NCBI GenBank assembly: GCA_024274695.1 | Contig: JAJSAI010000025.1 | Location: 1 to 45,488 of the forward strand | DNA from: an archaeon | GTDB lineage: Archaea; B1Sed10-29; JAJSAI01 | Reading direction: 5' to 3' | DNA length: 45,488 nucleotides | Part shown: in pieces, positions 8,817-17,630 of the stretch | How the letters are laid out: each line of letters opens with the position of its first letter | Position numbering within the stretch: the stretch's first letter is position 1 | Notes under the pieces: model-generated | What the model was told of the DNA's origin: nothing | The model's database searches: none | Seen by the model: only the letters and a program-made list of their open reading frames with translations | Position numbers and translations under genes: made by a program

Positions 8817-9404
8817 CTACCGCCTGAAGTGCCTTCTCTCGGTGCGCTCTCTGTACGGCCGGGTGAACAGGTAGTACTTTTCGTTTCCCTTCAGTTCTTC
8901 TATTATTCTTTCTACTATCATCTTTTTAGGGTCAGGGAGGAGGGGGACTCTCTCCGCCAGGTCCTTGAAGCTTTCAAAAGGCTTTTTCTCCCTCTGGGCC
9001 AGGATGTCCCACATGTGTTTTTTACCTATTCCTGGGAGGAGTTCCAGGGAATGCTGGCGTACTGTGATGCTTCCTGCCTTGTTGAAAAAGTTCACGAAAT
9101 AGTCTTCTTTTTCTTGGACAAGTTTTTCCAGCGTGTCCTTGAGTTCCTTCTGGGCGAGGTTCGTCAGCTTGTCGTACTTTATCCTGCCTTTTATGAACAG
9201 GACCTTGTCCCTTTTCTCCGGGCCTATGTACACTTTTTCTCCCGGGCTCACCTTAGCCTCTTTTTTTATTATAAGTTCTAAGAGGGTGAAGTGGTCAGTG
9301 CCTATAGCCTGGGCTATCGGTTCCTTCTTAAAACTGCCTGGATATCCTGCGGGAAGATAGTCCAGCACTATGGCGTATTCTTCCTTCAACGCTAACACCT
9401 TCAC
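8817..9404 (-). CDS. DUF655 family nucleic-acid-binding protein
   Basis: EEYAIVLDYLP, AQAIGTDHFTLLEL, FFNKAGSITVRQHSLELLPGIGKK; typical position between rpoF and ksgA. Confidence 0.92.
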   Translation of the reverse strand: MKVLALKEEYAIVLDYLPAGYPGSFKKEPIAQAIGTDHFTLLELIIKKEAKVSPGEKVYIGPEKRDKVLFIKGRIKYDKLTNLAQKELKDTLEKLVQEKEDYFVNFFNKAGSITVRQHSLELLPGIGKKHMWDILAQREKKPFESFKDLAERVPLLPDPKKMIVERIIEELKGNEKYYLFTRPYRERTERRHFRR

Positions 9405-9718
9405 AGTTTTGAGAGTATTTCAAGGATTTTGTCAACGTTTTCTATTTTTCTTTTCTCAAACATTGCCTGAACCTGCTCGGGTATCTCAGGTTTCACGTTG
9501 ACAAGGTATACTGCTTCTTCTTCAGTGAAGCCGAGTTCCATGAGCTCTTTCTTCGCTTTTTCTGTCTTGGTCGGTGCGGCCGCAAACTTGTTCAGGTAAG
9601 TGTACGTGACCTTTTGCTCGTACGTCTGCTCTTCTCTCTCCTTCTTTTCAGCGGCTATTATCTCCTTTGCTTCCGCGAGTGTGAGGGGCTTTTCCGAGAT
9701 TATTCTTTTCCCTATCAT
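9401..9718 (-). CDS. rpoF: RNA polymerase subunit F (Rpo4)
   Basis: MIGKRIISEKPLTLAEAKEII, TYEQKVTYTYLNKF; follows rpl21e. Confidence 0.9.
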   Translation of the reverse strand: MIGKRIISEKPLTLAEAKEIIAAEKKEREEQTYEQKVTYTYLNKFAAAPTKTEKAKKELMELGFTEEEAVYLVNVKPEIPEQVQAMFEKRKIENVDKILEILSKL

Positions 9719-9764
9719 TATCCATCACCATGTGATCCTTGCATTTGAAAGAAAAGCAGGTTTT

Positions 9765-10064
9765 TTAGGTTTCCTGTTTCTGCAGGTGTACCGGGTGCAC
9801 GATTATGTTCTTCCTGGCGTTCATGTCCCTTACTCTAACGATGTAGCAGGCCCCCTGCACTCCCACGACTTCTCCAGTGCGGCCGTGGAATCTTCTGTGC
9901 GGGAGTCCAGAGTGCACGCTGGGCTCTGGCTTTATGTGCACCCTGTCCCCTATTTCAAAGGATTTCAAGAAAGAGTTAACATTAGGCATGCCCCTTTCTC
10001 TGGGCGATTTGGACATTTTGCCCCTTGTCTTTGACCTAGGGCCTTTGTGCTTGTACTTGACCAT
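9765..10064 (-). CDS. rpl21e: 50S ribosomal protein eL21
   Basis: GDRVHIKPEPSVHSGLPHRRFHGRTG and VHPVHL motifs. Confidence 0.96.
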   Translation of the reverse strand: MVKYKHKGPRSKTRGKMSKSPRERGMPNVNSFLKSFEIGDRVHIKPEPSVHSGLPHRRFHGRTGEVVGVQGACYIVRVRDMNARKNIIVHPVHLQKQET

Positions 10065-10142
10065 TCTGATCGCCCTCTTTTTTCCTTATTTTTTCAAACA
10101 TACACATATTTAAATTAATACCCATAATATAACTACCGGAGA

Positions 10143-10457
10143 GTGGTGCTCTTGGGAGATGACAAGAAGGCTTGGCTGACAGAGGATAGCCTCACCCATC
10201 TTGCCATGGGCTTTTTCGTGGTACTGGTCTTCCTGAACTCCACTAGCCCTGCCGCTCTCGGACCTCTCCTCATGGTCTTGGGCGGTTTTTCTGTGTTCTT
10301 GATGGCTGTAGGAGTTTACAGGTACTTCACGCAACAGGACCAGTTCACCGTGGCTGCTGGATTCGCTCTGGCGTTTTTAATATCCTTATTCTTTGGGCCC
10401 CAGCACGTTATAAACCCCTTGTTATTGCTGTTGAGCCTGCTCGCCAGAGTGATTTAA
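10143..10457 (+). CDS. Small integral membrane protein
   Basis: Three to four hydrophobic segments; AT-rich promoter-like region upstream. Confidence 0.6.
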   Translation: MVLLGDDKKAWLTEDSLTHLAMGFFVVLVFLNSTSPAALGPLLMVLGGFSVFLMAVGVYRYFTQQDQFTVAAGFALAFLISLFFGPQHVINPLLLLLSLLARVI

Positions 10458-10494
10458 AAAGGCAAGCTTTATAAACTTTATAAAGGTATATAAA
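10453..10494 (+). promoter_or_regulatory. Tandem TATA-box array upstream of tbp
   Basis: TTTAAAAA (10453), TTTATAAA (10468), TTTATAAA (10477), TATATAAA (10487); 10467-10485 is a perfect inverted repeat around a central C. Confidence 0.7.
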
Positions 10495-10524
10495 GAGTGG
10501 ATCAAGTAAAGGGAGGTTTTTCTA

Positions 10525-10869
10525 ATGCCTGCTAAGAAAACCGCGAGAACTTCTAAAACGAGCAAAAAGCCTGCCAAGAGAACAACCAAAAAGGGCAGGA
10601 AGAAAATAGAGTACCGGATTGAGAACATTGTGGCCTCAGCAAGCCTTAACGTGGAACTGGACCTGTACGCGATAGCAAGGGAAGTCCCGAACGTGGAGTA
10701 CGAGCCGGAACAGTTCCCAGGAGCTATACTCAAGCTAAAAGAACCGAGAATAACCCTGCTGTTGTTCAAGAACGGCAAGCTAATATGCGCTGGGGCGAAG
10801 AGCGAGAAGCAAGTAGAGGAAGCAATTCAGACCGCGTACAACATGGTAAAGCACTGCGTCAAGAAGTAG
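10525..10869 (+). CDS. tbp: Single-repeat TATA-binding-protein-like protein with basic N-terminal tail
   Basis: IENIVASASL..LDL..EYEPEQFPGAI..KEPRITLLLFKNGKLICAGAKSE is one complete TBP repeat; GGGAGGT SD; TAG follows the repeat's last helix. Confidence 0.88.
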   Translation: MPAKKTARTSKTSKKPAKRTTKKGRKKIEYRIENIVASASLNVELDLYAIAREVPNVEYEPEQFPGAILKLKEPRITLLLFKNGKLICAGAKSEKQVEEAIQTAYNMVKHCVKK

Positions 10870-11572
10870 GAGAACCTTTTACCCCCTCTTTTTCTTCATT
10901 TTCATCTTCTTCCCCGAGGCTGATGCCCGCCTCTTCAGCGAGCTTTTCCATTGTCTCTAGCACGGGAACGCTTTCCTCGGGAAGGGTCGTGGTTTCTTCC
11001 TCTTCTCCCTCTTCTTTTTGTTCTCCTATCCCTTGCAGCACTGTATCAATGTTCATCAGAAGCATGAGCAGTTCCAAAACGAGCATCAGCTTCATCGGGT
11101 CCTTCTTGTAGTAGTCATAGTAGACCTTGAGCAGGTTAACGTACTTGCGCTCAATGTACCTGCCCTTGTAGGACCTCAGGAGCTCCCGCAGTTCTCTTTT
11201 GAGGATCCTTGGGTCCTGAACTTCTTCAGGGACCTGTATGTTCTGCACGCAGAACTGAGCGATCTGGTGCAGCACCTCAGGGGGCATGCTAAGGACAATG
11301 TCTGGCTCCGGCAGCTTGTACATGTTCAGGTAGTAGTCTTTCTCAGGGAACTTCCCGAACAAGTCCACGGTAAACCTTCTTATTATCATCGCCCGCGCGC
11401 TGTAGTGCGTGGCATAGTACTGTTCTCCTTTCTTTAGCGCTTCCTCGGCGATTTTGCTGTTCTGCTCGTAAAAGTAGCCAAGGGCAAAGTAGATTATCGC
11501 GAGCTTGTCAGGCCTGCCGTACTTGAGCTTGCTCTTGAACTCTTTGAACTTGCTCGCAAGATCAAGACCCAT
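10859..11572 (-). CDS. Hypothetical protein with acidic C-terminal tail
   Basis: 237-aa ORF with typical codon usage, downstream of the THUMP gene and overlapping the tbp 3' end by 11 bp. Confidence 0.7.
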   Translation of the reverse strand: MGLDLASKFKEFKSKLKYGRPDKLAIIYFALGYFYEQNSKIAEEALKKGEQYYATHYSARAMIIRRFTVDLFGKFPEKDYYLNMYKLPEPDIVLSMPPEVLHQIAQFCVQNIQVPEEVQDPRILKRELRELLRSYKGRYIERKYVNLLKVYYDYYKKDPMKLMLVLELLMLLMNIDTVLQGIGEQKEEGEEEETTTLPEESVPVLETMEKLAEEAGISLGEEDENEEKEGVKGSPTS

Positions 11573-11592
11573 CAGGTCCTGAAGAGGAGGGG

Positions 11593-12438
11593 CTAGTATA
11601 AAACCTTTTGCATGCGCTTCCTCGCCTCTTCTTCAGAGAACGCCGAAAGGGGCACGAACACAGGGAACCCTTTCCCGAAGTACTCAAAGGAGTCCCTAAT
11701 TTTTTCCTTGGTCTGCGGGACCACCACCGCAAGCGCGTTCTCCTCTTCTGCCGCTTGGAACAGGCCTGACTGCACGTGCTTCAGCCCCTTACCTGAGGAC
11801 CACTCTTCAAGAACAGCGGGGTTAGCGGAGCCCACGAGCACGGTCTCGACCCCCCTGCGCATTATCATCCACGCGGCGAACAGCCCGAGATCATCATCGG
11901 CCAGCGCAACAGCCCTTCCCCCTGCAGTCCCGTACGGCAGGCCCCCGGGCCCCTTCAGCGTACGGGTGAAGACGTACGCCTTGCCCTTGAATATTTCCAC
12001 GTTCACCTGCTGTTCTGGGTTCTTGAGCCTGACCTTCAGCCCCAGCCTCTTGACTATCTCGGCCCCTACCCTCTCGTTCACCTGCTGGGATGTTAGGGGG
12101 AAGGCTTTGTCAAGCCTCTGGGTCCTGACCGCGAAGGTCTTTCCTGGCTCGCACGCCCTGACAGCCGCCTCTGTTATCTCGTCCAACTCCGCGTCCACTT
12201 CCTTCGCGGGAGAAAAGGATGACACCCCGAAAACCTTGGACAGCTTTTCCAGGGCCTCTTGCACGTTTCCCCTGACCACTATCCTCCAGTACTTGTTGCT
12301 CACCTTGTGCCCGGGAAGCACCCTCTGGATGTTGGAAGTCAGGATCTTGATGAACTGGCTCCTGACGGGCTCTGCCTTCGTGTAAATCTCAGCGTGCCTG
12401 ACTATCACAACATCCAGCGAGAAGGTTTCTGGGACCAT
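11593..12438 (-). CDS. ThiI-like protein: NFLD-THUMP tRNA-binding module plus degenerate PP-loop domain
   Basis: Real start ATG 12438 (MVPETF); VRHAEIYTK, VFGVSSFSPA, TFAVRTQR, VRLKNPE, GPGGLPYGT; SGGIDS replaced by ADDDLG. Confidence 0.85.
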   Translation of the reverse strand: MVPETFSLDVVIVRHAEIYTKAEPVRSQFIKILTSNIQRVLPGHKVSNKYWRIVVRGNVQEALEKLSKVFGVSSFSPAKEVDAELDEITEAAVRACEPGKTFAVRTQRLDKAFPLTSQQVNERVGAEIVKRLGLKVRLKNPEQQVNVEIFKGKAYVFTRTLKGPGGLPYGTAGGRAVALADDDLGLFAAWMIMRRGVETVLVGSANPAVLEEWSSGKGLKHVQSGLFQAAEEENALAVVVPQTKEKIRDSFEYFGKGFPVFVPLSAFSEEEARKRMQKVLY

Positions 12439-12511
12439 CCTTGTTATGTGAGCTGGAAAAATATAAAAAGGAGGCCGGTAGAAAGACATACTGTAAGGGA
12501 CGTGAAGTGTT

Positions 12512-13657
12512 ATGCCCGCCGCGCTCGAGGACGAACTTCTTTCGGTTGAGGAGAGGCTTAAGATTCTGGAGCTGGAGAACAGGATGCTCCAGCAGGAGGC
12601 AGAGGACCTGCAGAGGCAGCTTGCTGCTGCCAGGAGCGAGCTTGACAAGCTCAAGAAGCCTCCCCTGATAGTGGCTACTGTCCAGGAGAAGATAGGGGAG
12701 GAGAGGGCTGTTGTGAAGAGCCCTACTGGGATGACTGTCCTGATAGACGTTCCCAGGGAAATAAAAGCAGGGGACAGGCTCTTGCTGAACCAGCACACTC
12801 TAGCGTACGTTGGCAAGCTTCCTCCGGAGAAAAACTCGCTCGCCTTGGGCGCGGAGGTCATTGAAAAGCCGAAGGTTTCTTTCAAGGACATCGGAGGGCT
12901 TGACGAGCAGATAAGAGAGATAAGAGAAGCGATAGAGCTTCCCTTGCTCAAGCCGGAGCTGTTCAAGAAGGTAGGAATAGTGCCTCCCAAGGGAGTGCTC
13001 TTGTACGGGCCCCCAGGGTGTGGTAAGACAATGCTCGCCAAGGCAGTGGCGAACGAGACCAACGCCACGTTCATCCGGCTCGTGGGCTCAGAGCTCGTGA
13101 AAAAGTTCATAGGAGAAGGAGCCCGGCTGGTCAAGGACGTGTTCGCGCTCGCCAGAGAAAAAGCACCCAGCATACTCTTCATTGACGAGATTGACGCCGT
13201 GGCAGCCAAGAGGCTTGAGGAGACCACGGGAGGAGACAGGGAAGTGAACCGGACGCTCATGCAGTTGCTGGCAGAGCTTGACGGTTTTGACGAGCTCGAA
13301 AACGTTAGGATCATCGGGGCCACTAACAGGATGGATATTCTTGACCCTGCCCTGATAAGGCCTGGAAGGTTTGACAGGCTCATAGAGATCCCTGCCCCTG
13401 ACGAGAAGGCAAGGGAAGAAATATTCAGGATTCATATGAAGGGAATGAACGTGAGGGGAGTGGACCCCAAGTGGCTCGCGAAACAGTCTGACGGAGCAAT
13501 AGGATCAGAGATAAAGGCTATATGCACTGAAGCAGGAATGTTCGCCATACGCGAGGGCAAGGATACCGTGACGAGAAAGCACTTCAAGATGGCCTTGGAC
13601 AAAGTCCTGGGCCCCGTTATTGAGGAATCAGGGGAAGAAAAGAAGAGTTACTTGTGA
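12512..13657 (+). CDS. pan: Proteasome-activating nucleotidase
   Basis: N-terminal coiled coil plus OB fold (PPLIVATV), Walker A GPPGCGKT, Walker [23 protein letters not shown]-terminal HbYX motif (SYL). Confidence 0.96.
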   Translation: MPAALEDELLSVEERLKILELENRMLQQEAEDLQRQLAAARSELDKLKKPPLIVATVQEKIGEERAVVKSPTGMTVLIDVPREIKAGDRLLLNQHTLAYVGKLPPEKNSLALGAEVIEKPKVSFKDIGGLDEQIREIREAIELPLLKPELFKKVGIVPPKGVLLYGPPGCGKTMLAKAVANETNATFIRLVGSELVKKFIGEGARLVKDVFALAREKAPSILFIDEIDAVAAKRLEETTGGDREVNRTLMQLLAELDGFDELENVRIIGATNRMDILDPALIRPGRFDRLIEIPAPDEKAREEIFRIHMKGMNVRGVDPKWLAKQSDGAIGSEIKAICTEAGMFAIREGKDTVTRKHFKMALDKVLGPVIEESGEEKKSYL

Positions 13658-14100
13658 ACAGCAGACCATACTCTCTCGGCCTGTTCTTTGGTCAGGCCCC
13701 TCTTGACCATCTCTCTCACAAACTCGTCCTTGGCCCCTTTTCTCACGAGTTCCATCATACGCTCTTCCTGAGACTCCACCTGCTCCGGGCGGAACCCCTC
13801 TTCTATCCAGGCCTTCCTCATTTCTTCCCTCACGCTCCCGCGGACGGGCATCCTGGAAAGCAGTGACGCGAAGATCTGCACTCCCCCGTACTCCCTGTAG
13901 ATTATGCTGGCTATTGCCCTGCGGCTTACTTTCAGCCCCTTTTCCTCAAGCCTCTTCTGGATCAAGGGGATTATGTCCATGTACGACATCGTCCGGAGAA
14001 CCCTCATTTTCCCCAGGTTGACCCTTTTCTCAGGCCCTTGGATAAGAAGCTTGGCCAGCTCTTCTCTCACTGCTCTTGCTTTCTCGCTCGGCCTTCCCAT
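13648..14100 (-). CDS. Hypothetical basic protein with possible HTH
   Basis: Start ATG 14100 about 23 nt after TTTTAAT; [23 protein letters not shown] is HTH-like; two C-terminal repeats ([10 protein letters not shown] / [10 protein letters not shown]). Confidence 0.6.
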   Translation of the reverse strand: MGRPSEKARAVREELAKLLIQGPEKRVNLGKMRVLRTMSYMDIIPLIQKRLEEKGLKVSRRAIASIIYREYGGVQIFASLLSRMPVRGSVREEMRKAWIEEGFRPEQVESQEERMMELVRKGAKDEFVREMVKRGLTKEQAERVWSAVHK

Positions 14101-14168
14101 GATCGTGAAAAGAACGGAATGCATTAAAAGGCTTTTGGGCTAAAAAGAATGAGGTTCGGTGACCCAGG

Positions 14169-16889
14169 ATGAACCCAGTGAAGCAGAAACTGAAGCGGAT
14201 GGCTGACCAGAATCCTGAAAAGTTTTATCCAGTCAGCGTGCTCAAGGAACTTGGGTACGAGAGGCACCAGTGCAAGAATTGCGGCACTTTCTTCTGGTCC
14301 CAGGAGCCCTCGGACGTGTGCGGAGAGCCAGAATGCTCCGGCGGGTACAAGTTCGTAGGAAACCCGGTCGGGAAGAGGATGACGTTCATCCAGGGTTGGT
14401 CGTGGTTCCGAGACCACATGGCCAAAAGGGGCTACACGCCCATCAAGAGGTATCCTCTGGCAGCAAGGTGGAGGGATGACACCGACTTCGTGCAGGCAAG
14501 CATCTATGACTTTCAGCCGCACGTGGTCACAGGAGAAGCAGACCCCCCGGCCAACCCTCTCGTGGTGCCGCAGTACTGTGCCAGGTTCAACGAGATAGAG
14601 AACATCGGGATAACCGGCAGGCACAAGACAGGGTTTGTCATGATAGGCCAGCACGCGTTCAAAAGCCCCGCAGAGTTTGAGCAGGAAAAGTATTTCAGGG
14701 ACTACCATGACTGGTTCACGGTCACCGCGGGAATACCGAAAGAAGAGCTCAGGATTCACGAGAGCCAGTGGGCAGGAGGAGGGAACGCTGGCACGAGCAT
14801 GGAATTCTTCGCCAGGGGCCTGGAACTAGGGAACCAGGTTTACATGACCTACGAAGTAAGAGAGGAGGACGAGCTTGTGCCCCTGTCCCTGAAGGTCCTG
14901 GACATGGGAATGGGGCAGGCCAGGACCCCCTGGCTCACTCAAGGAGCGTCCAACATTTTCGAGGTAAGCTATCCCGACGTGTGCCAGAAAATCTACCAGA
15001 AAACAGGAGTAAGGCCCACGAGCTTGTACGAGAGGTTCATCCCGTACGGGAGTGTTCTTGACGTTGACTCTGACGTGGAACTGGAAAAAGCGTGGCAGGA
15101 GATCGCCAGCAAGCTGGGAGAAGACGTGAAAACACTGAAAGAAGAAGTGCTGCCCGTTGCAGCAGTGTTCTCGGTAGCAGACCACGCTCAGACCCTGCTG
15201 GTGGCGCTGAACGACGGGGTGCTACCCAGCAATGCGGGAGGAGGATACAACCTCAGGGTCATCCTGAGAAGAGCCCTCGGATTCATCTACCGGTATGGGT
15301 GGAACCTGAACCTGCCTGAAGTGTGCTACTGGCATGCAGAGTACCTGAAACCCCAGTACCCCGAGTTAACGGAAAACCTTTCCGAGGTCGCGGAGATCCT
15401 GGAGCACGAGGAAAAGAAGTACAAGGCGAGCAGGGAAAAAGCACGCCGGAAGGTGGAGGCACTGCTCAGGGTAAAGGAGGAGTTCTCGTTTGAGGACCTC
15501 AGGAGACTGTACGAGTCAGACGGCATAACTCCTGAAATGGTAAGAGAGGCTGCGGAAAGACAGGGCAAGAGGGTGAATATTCCTGACGATTTTTACCTCA
15601 GGCTGGAGGAGGTCAGAGAAAAAGAAAAGAGAGAGGAAGCCAGACAAAAAGAGTACTATCCTGTGGAAGGACTTCCGCCGACCGAGAAACTGTTCTACGA
15701 GCCAGTCAAAGAGTTTGACGCGAGAGTGCTCAAAACATTCGAGCAGGAGGGCAGGCACTTTGTGGTCCTGGACAGGACCGCGTTCTACGCGGTGGGAGGA
15801 GGACAGGACTGTGACCACGGGACCCTGAACGGGATCCGCGTCCTCCACGTGCTAAAACAGGGAGAAGTAATAATACACGAAACAGAAAAACCAATAACCA
15901 GCGAGACCGTGCACGGTGTCATAGACTGGGAAAGGAGAATGCAGCTCACTAAAAATCATACGGCCACCCACATAATAAACGGGGCGGCCAGACAACTGCT
16001 CGGAAACCATGTGTGGCAAGCTGGGGCAGAGAAAACGGTTGAAAAAGCAAGGCTGGACATAACACACTATGAGCAGCTCTCAGAAGAACAGGTAAAAAGA
16101 ATACAGGAGATAGCCAACCAGATCGTGAGAGAAGGAAGGCCTGTGATCAAAACATGGATGCCCAGAACACAGGCAGAACAGAAGTACGGGTTCAGGCTTT
16201 ACCAGGGAGGAGCAGTACCTGGGAAGATGATAAGAGTAGTGGAGATAAAAGACTTTGACGTTGAAGCGTGCGCTGGAACTCACCTGGATAACACGCGGGA
16301 AGCAGAGGAGATACTGATCCTGCGGACCAATAAAATCCAGGACGGGATAGTCCGGATAGAGTTCGTGGCAGGCCGCGCGGCCGTTGAAAGAGAAAAACGG
16401 AGGATGAAGGAAGAAGAGGAGAGGAGGAAGGACTCTCTTCTCAGGAGAGCAGTAAAGCTCACGAACGAGATACTCAAACTCGGCGGGAGACTGCCCGAAG
16501 AAAACCTGCGCGAGCTGGAACCAGAACAGATAGCAAGAAAGGTAAGAGAACTGGAGAAACAGCTTGAGAGACTCAAGGAAAGGAAGACCGTGAAAGAAGA
16601 GTACGAGTCCCCACTGGTACGTGTGGACGAGCCTGACATGAAGATCCTTGAAAAGATCGGCAGAAAACTCCTGGAAAAGTTCGGGTACGGGGTAGTGATA
16701 GGCCCGGGAATGGTCTTCGGTACCAAGAGGCCAGACTCACCTGCCGAAGTAGAAGAAGCCGTCAAAAAAGCCGCGGAAGTGATGGGAGGAAAAGCAGGAG
16801 GAAAGCACAACGAGTGGAAAGGAGGAGGGCCAGCAAAGCACAAGACCAAAGAAGCCTTTGAAGCAGCCAAGCAGGTGCTGGAATGCTAA
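14169..16889 (+). CDS. alaS: Alanine--tRNA ligase (archaeal type)
   Basis: N-terminal CKNC..CG..EC, RYPLAARWRDD, ASIYDFQP, WAGGGNAG, DHAQTL, editing HTATH and EACAGTH. Confidence 0.96.
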   Translation: MNPVKQKLKRMADQNPEKFYPVSVLKELGYERHQCKNCGTFFWSQEPSDVCGEPECSGGYKFVGNPVGKRMTFIQGWSWFRDHMAKRGYTPIKRYPLAARWRDDTDFVQASIYDFQPHVVTGEADPPANPLVVPQYCARFNEIENIGITGRHKTGFVMIGQHAFKSPAEFEQEKYFRDYHDWFTVTAGIPKEELRIHESQWAGGGNAGTSMEFFARGLELGNQVYMTYEVREEDELVPLSLKVLDMGMGQARTPWLTQGASNIFEVSYPDVCQKIYQKTGVRPTSLYERFIPYGSVLDVDSDVELEKAWQEIASKLGEDVKTLKEEVLPVAAVFSVADHAQTLLVALNDGVLPSNAGGGYNLRVILRRALGFIYRYGWNLNLPEVCYWHAEYLKPQYPELTENLSEVAEILEHEEKKYKASREKARRKVEALLRVKEEFSFEDLRRLYESDGITPEMVREAAERQGKRVNIPDDFYLRLEEVREKEKREEARQKEYYPVEGLPPTEKLFYEPVKEFDARVLKTFEQEGRHFVVLDRTAFYAVGGGQDCDHGTLNGIRVLHVLKQGEVIIHETEKPITSETVHGVIDWERRMQLTKNHTATHIINGAARQLLGNHVWQAGAEKTVEKARLDITHYEQLSEEQVKRIQEIANQIVREGRPVIKTWMPRTQAEQKYGFRLYQGGAVPGKMIRVVEIKDFDVEACAGTHLDNTREAEEILILRTNKIQDGIVRIEFVAGRAAVEREKRRMKEEEERRKDSLLRRAVKLTNEILKLGGRLPEENLRELEPEQIARKVRELEKQLERLKERKTVKEEYESPLVRVDEPDMKILEKIGRKLLEKFGYGVVIGPGMVFGTKRPDSPAEVEEAVKKAAEVMGGKAGGKHNEWKGGGPAKHKTKEAFEAAKQVLEC

Positions 16890-17593
16890 AGGTGGGAACG
16901 TGCGGCTGGTCAAGCTTTCCCGCCAAACAGGTCTTGGGAGACTGGAGAAAAAAGTACAAGAGCAAGCTCCAAGCGTACGCCACGGTCTTTCCGGCCGTGG
17001 AGATCAACTCCACTTTTTACAAGCTACCCCTAAAAAAGACAGCATCAAGGTGGAGAGAAGAAGCGGATGAGGCGAACCCTGAGTTTGAGTTCACAGTAAA
17101 GGCGTCCAGGATAATAACGCACGAAGATAGGTTCAGGACTGACAAGAGCATCTCCTTCTTCAACAAGACAGCTGAGATAGCCAGGCTGGTCAGGGCAAGA
17201 CTGCTCCTCCTCCAGACCCCTGCAAGCTTCAAGCCCTCCAGCGAAAACGCTGGAACACTTGAGCGATTCCTGAGAAAAATAGAGTGGGAAGGCAGAATAG
17301 TCTGGGAACCGCGTGGCGCGTGGCTCTCAGAAGGCCTTTCGGAAGTAAAGAGGATATGCGCGGAACATGATCTGATACACTGCGTGGACCCGTTCAGGGC
17401 ACGCTCAGTCACGTCAGGAGAAGTGTACTACAGGCTCCATGGCCTGGGAAAAAAGAACATGTATTACTACAAGTTTTCTGATGATGAACTGAAGAACTTG
17501 GCGAAAAAGACCGAAGAGAGAGCCGGGCATGTTTTCTTCAACAACGTGTGGATGGGAGAAGATGCCCTGCGGTTCCTGAAACTGGTAAAGTAA
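16883..17593 (+). CDS. DUF72 (YecE-like) protein
   Basis: VGTCGWS, VEINSTFY, FTVKASRIITH, LLQTPASF, YYRLHG, VFFNN. Confidence 0.92.
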   Translation: MLKVGTCGWSSFPAKQVLGDWRKKYKSKLQAYATVFPAVEINSTFYKLPLKKTASRWREEADEANPEFEFTVKASRIITHEDRFRTDKSISFFNKTAEIARLVRARLLLLQTPASFKPSSENAGTLERFLRKIEWEGRIVWEPRGAWLSEGLSEVKRICAEHDLIHCVDPFRARSVTSGEVYYRLHGLGKKNMYYYKFSDDELKNLAKKTEERAGHVFFNNVWMGEDALRFLKLVK

Positions 17594-17630
17594 AAAGGTT
17601 TATAACTCGCGAAAACAATACAGACTATTA

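Noticed and set aside
10867-10923. TAG read-through or frameshift supplying a second TBP repeat
   Set aside because: The downstream in-frame sequence (ENLLPPLFLHFHLLPRG, then stop) is not TBP-like, and the region encodes the convergent gene's acidic tail.
12439-13383. Apparent 596-aa ORF 11593..13383 suggesting a large N-terminal extension on the THUMP protein
   Set aside because: The extension is the antisense shadow of pan; ThiI homology begins at ATG 12438, which has its own TATA box.
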